Source of the DNA: Candidatus Hydrogenedentota bacterium
Lineage (GTDB): Bacteria > Hydrogenedentota > Hydrogenedentia > Hydrogenedentales > SLHB01
DNA length: 64,000 nucleotides
Reading direction: 5' to 3'
NCBI GenBank assembly: GCA_963668025.2
Contig: CAXXTH010000022.1
Span: forward strand, 32,001-96,000
In this document: positions 29,566-39,550 of the stretch, piece after piece
How positions within the stretch are numbered: the stretch's first letter is position 1
Layout of the letters: each line of letters begins with the position of its first letter
The notes under the pieces: model-generated
Told to the model about the DNA's origin: nothing
Seen by the model: only the letters and a program-made list of their open reading frames with translations
The model's database searches: none
Made by a program: the position numbers and the translations under genes

Positions 29566-31878
29566 ATGAAAAAAAGTATTGAGTATCTTCTTCTGGCGTG
29601 TTGTGTGGCGGTATTGGGAGCGTATGCCCATATGGCGGAGGCGGAGGCGGCGAAGACGCCCGAGTCCATTGAAAAGGCGAAAATTCAGACAGGGCTGAAT
29701 AAAATAGGAATCGGGGAAGGTTATGAGATTGTGGTCGCGGATGGCTGCGATATGGTCGAGAACACCGCCGCTCAGATGATGCAGCAGTTTCTGGCAAAGG
29801 CGTCCTTGAGTGCCGCCATCGTAACGGAATCTCAAGCCACAGCGGACAACAGGATTATCCTCGGGCAGGAGTCGAATCTCAAGGCCATTAAGGCGCTTGG
29901 GGACAAGGGAGATATCAACATCCGGAGTGTTTCACCGGAAAAAGATGGATTCCATTTAAAGAAGATTGGCCGCGATATTGTGGTCGCCGGGGCTAATCCA
30001 CGCGGAGTTCTCTACGGCGTTTATGCATTCGAGGATTTTATTCAACAAGGCCAAAAAGGCAAGCTAGACATCCAGAAGGTTCCTCAGTTTACGTCGCGAA
30101 TCGAATCATTATGCACGTATATCATGGCGAGCCATCCGGCGGCCTACCGCGATGATATAGAGAGAACGGTCAAATATCTTTCGCGATTAGGCGCCAATGG
30201 CCTCCTTGATGGAGGCGGCGGCTCATGGGAGCTGACGCGATTTGTCACCAGTGACATTTTCCCGTTCATACAAGCGCCTAGTTCCGATTTACAAAACCGG
30301 GTTTCCAAAATATCCGCCCTCTGTAAAAAATATGGCATTGATTATTACATCATGCTTTGGGAGCCGACGCTCGCCCGGGTGGGCGCGGAATTGGATAAGT
30401 ACCCGCCAGAAGCGCTTGGGAAAGTCAAACGGCCTTGGGGCGGGGATGAGAACAACCTGGACACCACCTTGTGCGCCTCCTCCCCCATCGTACAGGAACA
30501 CTTCAAAAACATCATGAAGAAATTCGTCCAGGGGTATCCAGATGTGAAAGGCGTTCTCTTTTACAATCTGGATGGGAATTCCTGGTTGTGTACGCCTGAA
30601 TTATGCCCGCGCTGTAAAACGATCTGCACGGACTCGCCTCCCAACACGGCACATCCCTGGGAGACGCAGGCGCTATTCACCGATCTATTGGCGAAAGCCG
30701 CGCATGACGAACGGAACGGCTTCATGTTCATCCACTGGATATCGCATTTCCATGGAGCAGCGGCTGAAAAGCTAATCCAAAACTCGAAGGAATATAGCGC
30801 GTTAGCGTATGGGGTGCAGAATGGCGATCACGATGCCATGATCCCTGATGCTATCAAGCCGGAAGATTCTGAATTCGCCATGTTACAGCAGGCATGCACG
30901 GAAAAGTCCGTTCCATTCTTCGCGATCTACTCCGCGAATGGCCACGAAGTGATTCCAAATGGTTTCCCATTTCCCTTTCATGTGAGCCGCACCCTGAAAA
31001 AGCTGAACGAATGGGGTGTCCGGTCTTGTATGGGCACCGGGCCAATTCCGTATTTCAACCAGGTAAACGCATTGGCGGAAAAAGAGTTGCGCTGGAATCC
31101 GGCGCGGAATGAGGAAGCATTGATTACGGAGCTATCCGTCCAGCAGTTCGGCAAGAAATCGGGAAAACTCATGTATCAGGCATGGGAGGAAATCAAAGAT
31201 GGAATGGACGTCTGGAACGACCTGCGCGTTAATCCGTTTTGCGGCAGCCAAACGCACGTAGGCATAGGGTTCTCGTATTTTACAAACACCTTTGCCATCC
31301 TCCCGAAAAGCGCGGATGACTTCGAGCATTCGCTCACCATCCTCACCAACGTGGAACCACACCGGGCCCCTGATTATCAGAAGTATCGTGAGCAAGTATT
31401 TCTGGATAAGTTTGAATTGATGGGAACCCATCTGTCGAAAGCTGCCGCGCTCGCCAAGCAAGCTGTTGAAAAAGCAGATCCAAATGAGCCTATCGGAATC
31501 CATTACTACGAACTCGAGTCTATTCCTACCATGAAGCAATACGCGGAGTTGAATTACGCGCCTATTGCTATCGCGGATACCTATTGCCAACTGCGCTGCA
31601 ACATGCTTCGCGCCTATCATTTATTACAGGATATGAAAACGGAGAAGGCCGCAGGAAATGATACCGCATCGCAGGAAAAGGAAAAACAGTATCATGAGCT
31701 GATTCGTGAAGACATTGCTGTCCGGCAGCATTATATCACGCTATTGAATGCCTTCGCCGAAATGCGTCCATGCCTGTTTCGTACCAGCTTGCCGGAAGAT
31801 GGGATCAAGGAGCAGATCACCTTCATGAACACGGAGATCGGGAAAATGGAGAGTTTTTTGAGCGAGATTAAGGAATAA
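29566..31878 (+). CDS. Secreted putative glycoside hydrolase, array copy 1 (GH20b/GH67N-like N-domain plus predicted TIM barrel)
   Basis: Signal peptide; DGFHLKKIG..IVVAGANPRGVLYGVY; LCASSP; YNLDG..WLCTPELCPRCK. Confidence 0.7.
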   Translation: MKKSIEYLLLACCVAVLGAYAHMAEAEAAKTPESIEKAKIQTGLNKIGIGEGYEIVVADGCDMVENTAAQMMQQFLAKASLSAAIVTESQATADNRIILGQESNLKAIKALGDKGDINIRSVSPEKDGFHLKKIGRDIVVAGANPRGVLYGVYAFEDFIQQGQKGKLDIQKVPQFTSRIESLCTYIMASHPAAYRDDIERTVKYLSRLGANGLLDGGGGSWELTRFVTSDIFPFIQAPSSDLQNRVSKISALCKKYGIDYYIMLWEPTLARVGAELDKYPPEALGKVKRPWGGDENNLDTTLCASSPIVQEHFKNIMKKFVQGYPDVKGVLFYNLDGNSWLCTPELCPRCKTICTDSPPNTAHPWETQALFTDLLAKAAHDERNGFMFIHWISHFHGAAAEKLIQNSKEYSALAYGVQNGDHDAMIPDAIKPEDSEFAMLQQACTEKSVPFFAIYSANGHEVIPNGFPFPFHVSRTLKKLNEWGVRSCMGTGPIPYFNQVNALAEKELRWNPARNEEALITELSVQQFGKKSGKLMYQAWEEIKDGMDVWNDLRVNPFCGSQTHVGIGFSYFTNTFAILPKSADDFEHSLTILTNVEPHRAPDYQKYREQVFLDKFELMGTHLSKAAALAKQAVEKADPNEPIGIHYYELESIPTMKQYAELNYAPIAIADTYCQLRCNMLRAYHLLQDMKTEKAAGNDTASQEKEKQYHELIREDIAVRQHYITLLNAFAEMRPCLFRTSLPEDGIKEQITFMNTEIGKMESFLSEIKE

Positions 31879-31961
31879 GTAAGCATAGCTGGAATAAACG
31901 ATACTCATTCACGGCCATACATCAACAAAGGGCAGGCTGCTCGAGCTGAGAAGAGGAAAAA

Positions 31962-34244
31962 ATGGGATACAAAGAAATGCACAAACCTTGTGGGCTTCAT
32001 GAAACAAGAAATAACTGCGCGTGCTTCATGTGGGCGGTATGCATGATTGTATTGAGTGCATATGCCTATGGCGTCGAAAATGTATCGGCGAAGGCCTCCG
32101 AGTCCTTCGAAGCTTCAAAAATAAAGGCCGGATTGAACAAAACCGGAGTTGGGGAAGGCTACGAAATCGTCATCGCGGATGAGTGTGATATGGTCGAGCA
32201 CACCGCCGCTCAGATGATGCAGGAGTTTCTAGCAAAAGCATCTTTATCTGTTGGCATCGCCACGGAATCCCAAGCGACAGCAAAGAATCGGATTATTCTC
32301 GGGCGCGAATCAAATCTTGAAGCCATAAAAGAGCTGGAGGATAAAGATGAAATCGATATCCGAAACGTTTCAGCAGAAGAGGATGGATTCCAGGTAAAAA
32401 AGATTGGTAAAGACATCGTTGTCGCTGGCGCAAATCCACGTGGGGTGCTGTACGGCGCTTTTGCTTTTGAAGACTTTGTCCGTGAGGGGGGGAAAGGCAA
32501 GCTGGACATACGCCGAGTTCCTCGAATGCATTCGCGCGTAAGTTTCTTCCCTACGTTTTTGGTGGGTAATCATCCCATTGAATACCGTGAAAATGCGGAA
32601 AAAACCGCCTCGTATTTGGCGCGATTGGGCATGAATGGTTTTATTGATGGCGGCGGCGGAAGTTGGGAGCTGGCGCAGTTTGTCTCGAGCGATGTGTTTC
32701 CATTTCAGAAAGCGCCAGACGCCGAATTACAGCAAAGAATCGCCACTACTTCTTCTACGCTAAGGAAGTATGGAATTGACTACTACATTATGATATGGGA
32801 GCCGACACTGGCCAAGGTCAGAGCGGAGATTGATAAATATCCGCCGGAAGCGCTTGGGAAAGTCAACCGGCCTTGGGGGGGAGAAGAAAACGTCGCGGAC
32901 TCCACCTTGTGTGTGAGCAGTCCTATTGTTCAGGAACACTACAAGAATTTAATGAAAAAATTCGTTCAGACTTATCCGGACGTAAAAGGAATCTTGTTCT
33001 ATAACTTGGACGGAAGCTCCTGGCTCTGCACGCCGGAATTATGTCCACGCTGCAAGGCTGTTTGCACGGATTCCGTAGGAGGCAAACTCAATCCCTGGCC
33101 GCTACAGGCCAGCTTTACCGATTTATTAGCCCGCGCCGCACATGAAGAGAGAAGCGATTTTAAGTTTATACACTGGATATCACATTTTAATGGTGAAATC
33201 GCTGAGAAACTGGTCCGCACTTCCACGGAATACGACGCACTCGCATTTGGGGTGCGGGCCGGCGATCATGATGTCATGATCGCCGACACGTTGACGCCGG
33301 ATAAAACGGAATTCCATATGCTTCAGAAAGTATGCACAGAGCGAAATCTTCCGTTTTTAGTCACGTTTTCCTCCAGCGCACATGAAGTGATCCCAAATGG
33401 GTTCTCTTTTCCATTCAATATCAGCGCTTCCATGAAAAAGCTGGACGAATGGGGTGTCAAAAACATTGCCGGATGCGGCCCTATTCCATACTTCAATCCG
33501 ATCAACGGTTTAGCAGAGAAAGCATTCAAGTGGGATCCTGAACAGAATCCAGAAGAGTTCCTCACCGATTTGTCCACCCGGCAGTTTGGCAGGAAGGCGG
33601 GCAAGCTGATGTATCAGGCGTGGGAAGAGATCCGGGAAGGAATGGATGTTTGGAAAGATTCGGACGTTCATCCATTTTGCGGCAGCTATACGCCATCGAG
33701 TTTAGGATTTTCATATTTTACCATGGCAACGGCTATTTTGCCGGGAAATTTTGACTATTATCATGTAGACAATGAATATCTTTCCAAGTACCAGGCGATG
33801 GGCGTTCATATGGCAAAAGCCGCCGTTCTCGCCAAACAAGCGGTTGATAAAGCGGACTCTCATCAGCCCATCGGTATTCACTATTATGACAGCGAGCGCA
33901 TTCCCACGATGAAAGAATATGCGGAGTTGAACTATGGACCTATCGCAATTGCAGATGTTTTTTGCCAGTTGCGTTCTAACATGTTCCGCGCGTCTCAATT
34001 AGTTGATGCTATCCAAAAGGAGAAGGACGCTGGAAATGGCGTGTCTGCACAGGAAAAGCTATATCACGAATTAATAATCAAAGACATTGCGATTCGGAAG
34101 GAATTTATTAAGCTTTTAACAGCATTCTCCGAAATGCGTCCATGCCTTACGCGTACGAGTTTGTCAGAAGAAGGCATTAAATACGAGATTGATTATATGA
34201 ATACTGAGATCGGAAAAATGGAGGATTACCTAAAACAGCAATAA
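31962..34244 (+). CDS. Secreted putative glycoside hydrolase, array copy 2
   Basis: Colinear full-length similarity to copy 1, same motifs. Confidence 0.7.
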   Translation: MGYKEMHKPCGLHETRNNCACFMWAVCMIVLSAYAYGVENVSAKASESFEASKIKAGLNKTGVGEGYEIVIADECDMVEHTAAQMMQEFLAKASLSVGIATESQATAKNRIILGRESNLEAIKELEDKDEIDIRNVSAEEDGFQVKKIGKDIVVAGANPRGVLYGAFAFEDFVREGGKGKLDIRRVPRMHSRVSFFPTFLVGNHPIEYRENAEKTASYLARLGMNGFIDGGGGSWELAQFVSSDVFPFQKAPDAELQQRIATTSSTLRKYGIDYYIMIWEPTLAKVRAEIDKYPPEALGKVNRPWGGEENVADSTLCVSSPIVQEHYKNLMKKFVQTYPDVKGILFYNLDGSSWLCTPELCPRCKAVCTDSVGGKLNPWPLQASFTDLLARAAHEERSDFKFIHWISHFNGEIAEKLVRTSTEYDALAFGVRAGDHDVMIADTLTPDKTEFHMLQKVCTERNLPFLVTFSSSAHEVIPNGFSFPFNISASMKKLDEWGVKNIAGCGPIPYFNPINGLAEKAFKWDPEQNPEEFLTDLSTRQFGRKAGKLMYQAWEEIREGMDVWKDSDVHPFCGSYTPSSLGFSYFTMATAILPGNFDYYHVDNEYLSKYQAMGVHMAKAAVLAKQAVDKADSHQPIGIHYYDSERIPTMKEYAELNYGPIAIADVFCQLRSNMFRASQLVDAIQKEKDAGNGVSAQEKLYHELIIKDIAIRKEFIKLLTAFSEMRPCLTRTSLSEEGIKYEIDYMNTEIGKMEDYLKQQ

Positions 34245-34328
34245 TATATATAAAAGCACAATATTATAATCTGTAAGCGCTATGACCGCAGGCGGACATG
34301 AGGAAGTAACATAATCCCTGGAGGTAAA

Positions 34329-36575
34329 ATGATGCGATACCACTGCCGATTCTTTATCTGGATGATCAGCGTAGCTGCTGTATGCGCATTCGCGTATGGC
34401 GATGAAGCCGTCTCCGCGAAGACGTCCGACTCGATCGACATACAGAAGATTCAGTCCGGCTTGAAGCGGCTGGGGATCGGGGAAGATTGCGAAATCGTGA
34501 TCTCGGAAAACTGCGATGTCGTCGAGCATACCGCCGCTCAGATGATGCAGCAATACCTGGAAAAAGCATCTGTCTCTGTTGGCATCGCCACGGAACCTCA
34601 AGCCACTGCGAAAAAGCAGATACTCCTGGGGCGCGAATCGAACCTTAAAGCCATAAAAGAGTTTGGCGACAACGGCGATATTGGCATCCGGGATGTTTCA
34701 GAAGCGAATGACGGATTTCACTTAAAAAAGATCGGGAAAAATATCGTTGTGGCTGGGGCGAATCCACGCGGGGTGCTCTATGGCGTCGTCGCACTCCAGG
34801 ATTTTATCCACAAGGGTGGTAGAGGCAAGCTCGATATCCGCAAGGTTCCTCAAATGACCGAGCGAATCAGTTCTTTCCCGGTTATTTTCACCAATGATCA
34901 TCCCGTCTCTTATAGTGAAGCGAGCGAGAAAATGATCTCCTGCTTGGCTCGACTGGGGAAAAATGGATTGATCGATGGCGGCGGAGGATGTTGGGAGCTC
35001 ACCCAGTTTGTCTCCAGTGACGTATTCCCCTTTCAAAAGGCTCCCGATCCCAAACTTCAACAGCGTATCGCAACCATCTCCTCGACTTGCAAGAAATATG
35101 GCATTGATTATTACATCATGTTGTGGGAGCCCACACTAGCCAAGGTAGGCGCGGAGATTGATAAGTATCCGGCGGAAGCGCTGGGGAAAGTCAGCTTGCC
35201 GGAATGGCTCAAAAACATCGGGAACGACACGTTGTGCGTCAGCAGCCCTATTGTACAAGAACACTATAAGAACTTAATGAAAAAATTCGTCCAAACCTAT
35301 CCGGACGTAAAGGGAATCCTGTTTTACAACTTGGACGGGAGCTCCTGGCTCTGCTCGCCTGAACTATGCCCTCGTTGCAAAGCCGTCTGCGAAGCCGAAG
35401 AAGAAGGGGACACAAATCCTTGGCCGATACAGGCCGAATTCGCCGATCTCTTGGCGAATGCCGCGCATGAAGAGAGAAGTGAATTTAAGTTTATCCATTG
35501 GATTTCGCATTTCTCTGGGGAAACAGCCAGAAAGCTCGTTCACAAATCTACCAAATATGACTCGCTGGCGTTTGGTGTGCAGAATGGAGACCACGATGTG
35601 ATGATCGCCGATCTGCTCACACCGGACGCAACCGAGTTTCAAATGTTGCAAAAGGTATGTGCGGAAAGGTCATGTTCATTTTTAGTGACGTTCTCCTCAT
35701 GCGCTCATGAGGTGATACCCAATGGATTCACCTTTCCATTTCATGTAAGCGCCGCCATGCAGAAATTAAACGGCTGGGGAGTCCGAAGCATATGCGGATG
35801 CGGTCCGCTGCCCTATTTTGAACAAATAAATGGTTTAGTGGAGAAGGAGTATCAGTGGAATCCAGAACAGGATCCTAAAACCTTCATTACGGATCTTTCG
35901 AGGCGGCAATTTGGCAAGAAGGCCGGCAAATGGATGTATCAGGCGTGGGAAGAGATTAGGAATGGAATGGATGTTTGGAAAGACACACCAAACCATCCAT
36001 TTCGAGGCAGCCAAACACCCACGAGTTTAGGTTTTTCGTATTTCACCATGGCGTGGGCAATTTTACCGGGCAATATCGGCTACCACCATTTGGATTCAGA
36101 CTATCTCTCCAAATTTCAGGCGATGGGAGACCATATGGCGAAAGCCGCCGCGCTTGCGAAACAAGCAGTCGAAGCGGCGGATGCCAATCAGCCTATCGAT
36201 ATCCATTATTACGATGCGGAGTCCGTGCCTACGATGAAGGAATACGCGGAGTTGAATTATGGGCCTATCGCCATCGCGGATGTGTTCTGCCAGTTGCGCT
36301 GCAACATGATCAGCGCATGCCATCTTACCGAGGCCATCCAAAAGGACAAGGATGCAGGGAATGGCGCCGCCGCACAAGAAAAGGAAACGCAATATCATGA
36401 GTTGATACGAAAAGATATTGCGGTCCGGAAAGAATTCATCACACTTTTGAACACATTTGCGAAAATGCGCCCATGCCTGACTCGCACGAGCCTGTCCGAA
36501 GACGGCATTAAGTATGAGATCAACTATATGAATACCGAGATCGAAAAAATGGAGAGCTTCCTGAAAAAAGAGTAG
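34329..36575 (+). CDS. Secreted putative glycoside hydrolase, array copy 3
   Basis: Most similar to copy 2; GGAGG RBS. Confidence 0.7.
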   Translation: MMRYHCRFFIWMISVAAVCAFAYGDEAVSAKTSDSIDIQKIQSGLKRLGIGEDCEIVISENCDVVEHTAAQMMQQYLEKASVSVGIATEPQATAKKQILLGRESNLKAIKEFGDNGDIGIRDVSEANDGFHLKKIGKNIVVAGANPRGVLYGVVALQDFIHKGGRGKLDIRKVPQMTERISSFPVIFTNDHPVSYSEASEKMISCLARLGKNGLIDGGGGCWELTQFVSSDVFPFQKAPDPKLQQRIATISSTCKKYGIDYYIMLWEPTLAKVGAEIDKYPAEALGKVSLPEWLKNIGNDTLCVSSPIVQEHYKNLMKKFVQTYPDVKGILFYNLDGSSWLCSPELCPRCKAVCEAEEEGDTNPWPIQAEFADLLANAAHEERSEFKFIHWISHFSGETARKLVHKSTKYDSLAFGVQNGDHDVMIADLLTPDATEFQMLQKVCAERSCSFLVTFSSCAHEVIPNGFTFPFHVSAAMQKLNGWGVRSICGCGPLPYFEQINGLVEKEYQWNPEQDPKTFITDLSRRQFGKKAGKWMYQAWEEIRNGMDVWKDTPNHPFRGSQTPTSLGFSYFTMAWAILPGNIGYHHLDSDYLSKFQAMGDHMAKAAALAKQAVEAADANQPIDIHYYDAESVPTMKEYAELNYGPIAIADVFCQLRCNMISACHLTEAIQKDKDAGNGAAAQEKETQYHELIRKDIAVRKEFITLLNTFAKMRPCLTRTSLSEDGIKYEINYMNTEIEKMESFLKKE

Positions 36576-36877
36576 GGAAGCAGTATGCCGCCACATAGCA
36601 ATTCGGGGAAACATACAAACCTTTCGGAATCCGAATCAAGCGCTTTGTGCGTTTGCCTTATATACTCATATCAGATTTAGCACCCAGATCCGCATGGTCT
36701 GACGCATAAACAAGCGCCGGAGAGGGGTGTTTGCATGTCTGCGTCGGCCCATGTGAAAAACGCGTGTGAGGATATTCGGAATCGGAATGATGAAAACGTA
36801 TTAATGGAATGGGCGGCAAGTAGTACCGCTCAGGAACCAATGCAAAGGCAGGCAGCCCGGCCCGAGGAGATGGGGAA

Positions 36878-39244
36878 ATGGGATACAACGGGATGTTGAA
36901 GTTTTATGAGCCTTACGGAATAAGAATTCATACCAGGTGTTTTCTTTGGGCGTTATTCATGGTTGTATTGGGCGCATATGCATATGGCGGCGAAGATGCG
37001 TCGGCGAAGACGTCCAAGTCCTTCGAAGCTTCGAAAATCAAGGCCGGGCTGAGCAAAATCGGAGTAGGGGAAAGCTACGAAATCGTCATCGCGGATGAGT
37101 GCGATATGGTCGAGAATACCGCTGCGGAGATGATGCAGCGGTTTTTAGCAAAGGCGTCCTTGCCTGCCCGCATCGTCAAGGAATCTCAAGCCACCGGAGA
37201 CAAACGGATTCTCCTAGGGCGTGAATCCAATCTCAAAGCCATCCGGGCGCTTGGCGATTCGGGAGAACTAAGCATCCGCGACGTTTCCGCAGAGGATGAC
37301 GGATTCCATCTGAAGCAAATAGGCAAGAGCATTGTCATAGCCGGCGCAAACCCACGCGGCGTGCTCTATGGCGTTTATGCGTTTGAAGATTTTATACGCG
37401 CGGGTGAAAAGGGCAAACTGGACATCAAGAAGGTTCCCTATTACCGGAAACGGGGAAGCGGCCTTTACTACACTTACGGCATATTCAATACGCAACTGGC
37501 GTCCTTTCCCGAGGAGAATGCCGCCTGCCTTTCGCGCCTGGGTATCAATCAAATGACCGACCAAGGCATTGGCGGACATCTCAGCAAATTCGTCAAGAGC
37601 GATGTGTTTCCGTTTCAGACGCCGCCCGATCCGGAATACCAGCGCAGATTGAAGGAAATGGCGGCTACATGCAAAAAGTATGGCATCGACGTATATCTGT
37701 TTCTGCTGGAGCCCGCCTTGGAGCCCGTTAACGGGAGCTTCGAACAGTATCCGGAAGAGGCGCTCGGGACCGTTCGCCCACCTTGGGGCGGGGACGACAA
37801 GGGTATGGCCCGCACCTTGTGCGTCAGCAGCCCGCTCACGCAAAAGTATCTTAAGAACATGATGCGGAAGCTGGTGCGGGAGTATCCGGATGTAAAAGGA
37901 GTTCAACTATACAACCTGGATGCCGGTTCCTGGTTCTGCACCCCGGAGCTTTGCGAGCGGTGTAAACGCGCATGCACGGATTCGCCGCCGGACGCCTTCA
38001 ATCCTTGGGAAACGCAAACCGAGCTAGTTGGACTGCTGGCCGGCGCGGCGCACGAGGAAAACCCCGGCTTCGACTTCCGGTTCTGGTCGACCGTACACTA
38101 TCACGGTGAGATTTTTGACAAGCTGATCCATGCCATGCGGGGCTATGACGGTCTAATATGTTCCTGGACGGGTTCCGACCGTTCGATCATGGTTCCGGAT
38201 GCGGCGGAACGCACCGCCACTTGCGTGCTTTCGCAGGAAGCATGCAAACAACGAGATGTGCCGTTCTATATGATTGGTGAATTCAATAATCTTGAGATGA
38301 TTCCGAAGAGCCTGCCTTTCCCCTTCCACGTGTGCGATGCGCTTCAAAAATTCAAAAAATGGGATGTGAAGAACTTGACCGAGATCTTTGGACTCGCACC
38401 AGAGCACAACTCGATCAATGCCCTGGTCACCAAGGAGTTTGAGTGGAATCCGGATCAAGACACAAAAGCGTTTCTTACCGGCCTGGCCCACCGGCAATTT
38501 GGCACTGCGGCCGGCGATCATATGTACCGCGCCTGGGAAGAGATGCGGAAGGCTTTTGATGTCTGGAACGATGTGAAGTCTCCGCCGTTTCCAATGAATG
38601 GAAGCCAGAACCATGTGAAGATGGGGCTTGCGATTGGCGACCTTCCCCCCGCGATAACGCCCAATATCGTCGAGTACTACGACTCGATGCTTGACACCTT
38701 GACGCGCGTCGAGCCGTGGCTTGCAGCAGGCTACGAGCAACAGAGGACCGAGGCTTTCCTGGACAAGATGCTCTTGATGAACAAACACTTCGCGCGCGCG
38801 GCGGAGCTCGCGAAGAAAGCCGCGGACGCGGCCAGCAGCGAGGCGTTCATAGGTCTGTGCTACTATGAGACTCCGAATGGGGCGCCGACCCAGAAACAGT
38901 ATGCGGAACTCAACTATGCTCCAATCGCGATGGCCGATATCTTGTGTGCGCAGCGATGCGACATCTTGCGCGCATACCTTGCATTGAAGGCGCTGGAAAC
39001 CGCACGCGCCGCAGGCGATCAGGAGGAGACCCACAAGAAAGAGCAGCAGTACCAGGCACTGCTACGGGACGATATCGCGCTGCAGGAGCGTTTCTGCGAC
39101 CTTCTCACGAGATTCTCGAAGATGCCGCCGTGCTATACACGCACAATCCTGACCGAGGAGGAAATAGCCAACCACCTCGCGTTCACAAGGGCTAAAATTG
39201 AAGAGCTAAAGGCGCATCTCGTAAAAGCGTCCACCGCCAGTTGA
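36878..39244 (+). CDS. Secreted putative glycoside hydrolase, array copy 4
   Basis: Same architecture; YNLDAGSWFCTPELCERCK. Confidence 0.7.
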   Translation: MGYNGMLKFYEPYGIRIHTRCFLWALFMVVLGAYAYGGEDASAKTSKSFEASKIKAGLSKIGVGESYEIVIADECDMVENTAAEMMQRFLAKASLPARIVKESQATGDKRILLGRESNLKAIRALGDSGELSIRDVSAEDDGFHLKQIGKSIVIAGANPRGVLYGVYAFEDFIRAGEKGKLDIKKVPYYRKRGSGLYYTYGIFNTQLASFPEENAACLSRLGINQMTDQGIGGHLSKFVKSDVFPFQTPPDPEYQRRLKEMAATCKKYGIDVYLFLLEPALEPVNGSFEQYPEEALGTVRPPWGGDDKGMARTLCVSSPLTQKYLKNMMRKLVREYPDVKGVQLYNLDAGSWFCTPELCERCKRACTDSPPDAFNPWETQTELVGLLAGAAHEENPGFDFRFWSTVHYHGEIFDKLIHAMRGYDGLICSWTGSDRSIMVPDAAERTATCVLSQEACKQRDVPFYMIGEFNNLEMIPKSLPFPFHVCDALQKFKKWDVKNLTEIFGLAPEHNSINALVTKEFEWNPDQDTKAFLTGLAHRQFGTAAGDHMYRAWEEMRKAFDVWNDVKSPPFPMNGSQNHVKMGLAIGDLPPAITPNIVEYYDSMLDTLTRVEPWLAAGYEQQRTEAFLDKMLLMNKHFARAAELAKKAADAASSEAFIGLCYYETPNGAPTQKQYAELNYAPIAMADILCAQRCDILRAYLALKALETARAAGDQEETHKKEQQYQALLRDDIALQERFCDLLTRFSKMPPCYTRTILTEEEIANHLAFTRAKIEELKAHLVKASTAS
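36934..37247 (+). repeat. Near-identical 314-bp direct repeat, copy A (copy B at 39595-39908)
   Basis: Manual alignment at constant offset 2661, ungapped, about 8 mismatches. Confidence 0.9.
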
Positions 39245-39550
39245 GACTGCCTTCAGCCGATGTGCAAGCCTTTCTCGTGAGGTGTTACGTCGATTGACGG
39301 AGTGTGAATACATGGACATTAGCTGCCGCTTCTGTTCGAGAAGATTAAGGCATTCGCATGCAGTTTTTCTTCTCACTCACACTTTGGCGCCTTACTTGAT
39401 TTTGCGATTCTCTTGGAAAATGGTGCGTTGCAGTATGCAAGTCCCTCGGATAGCTTGCAACGCGACAGCGGCGGGCTGGAATGCCCCATTGACTTAGTTA
39501 ACGTAGCAAGTGTTATACGTCGGAATACTTACACAGAAAAGGGGAAAAAA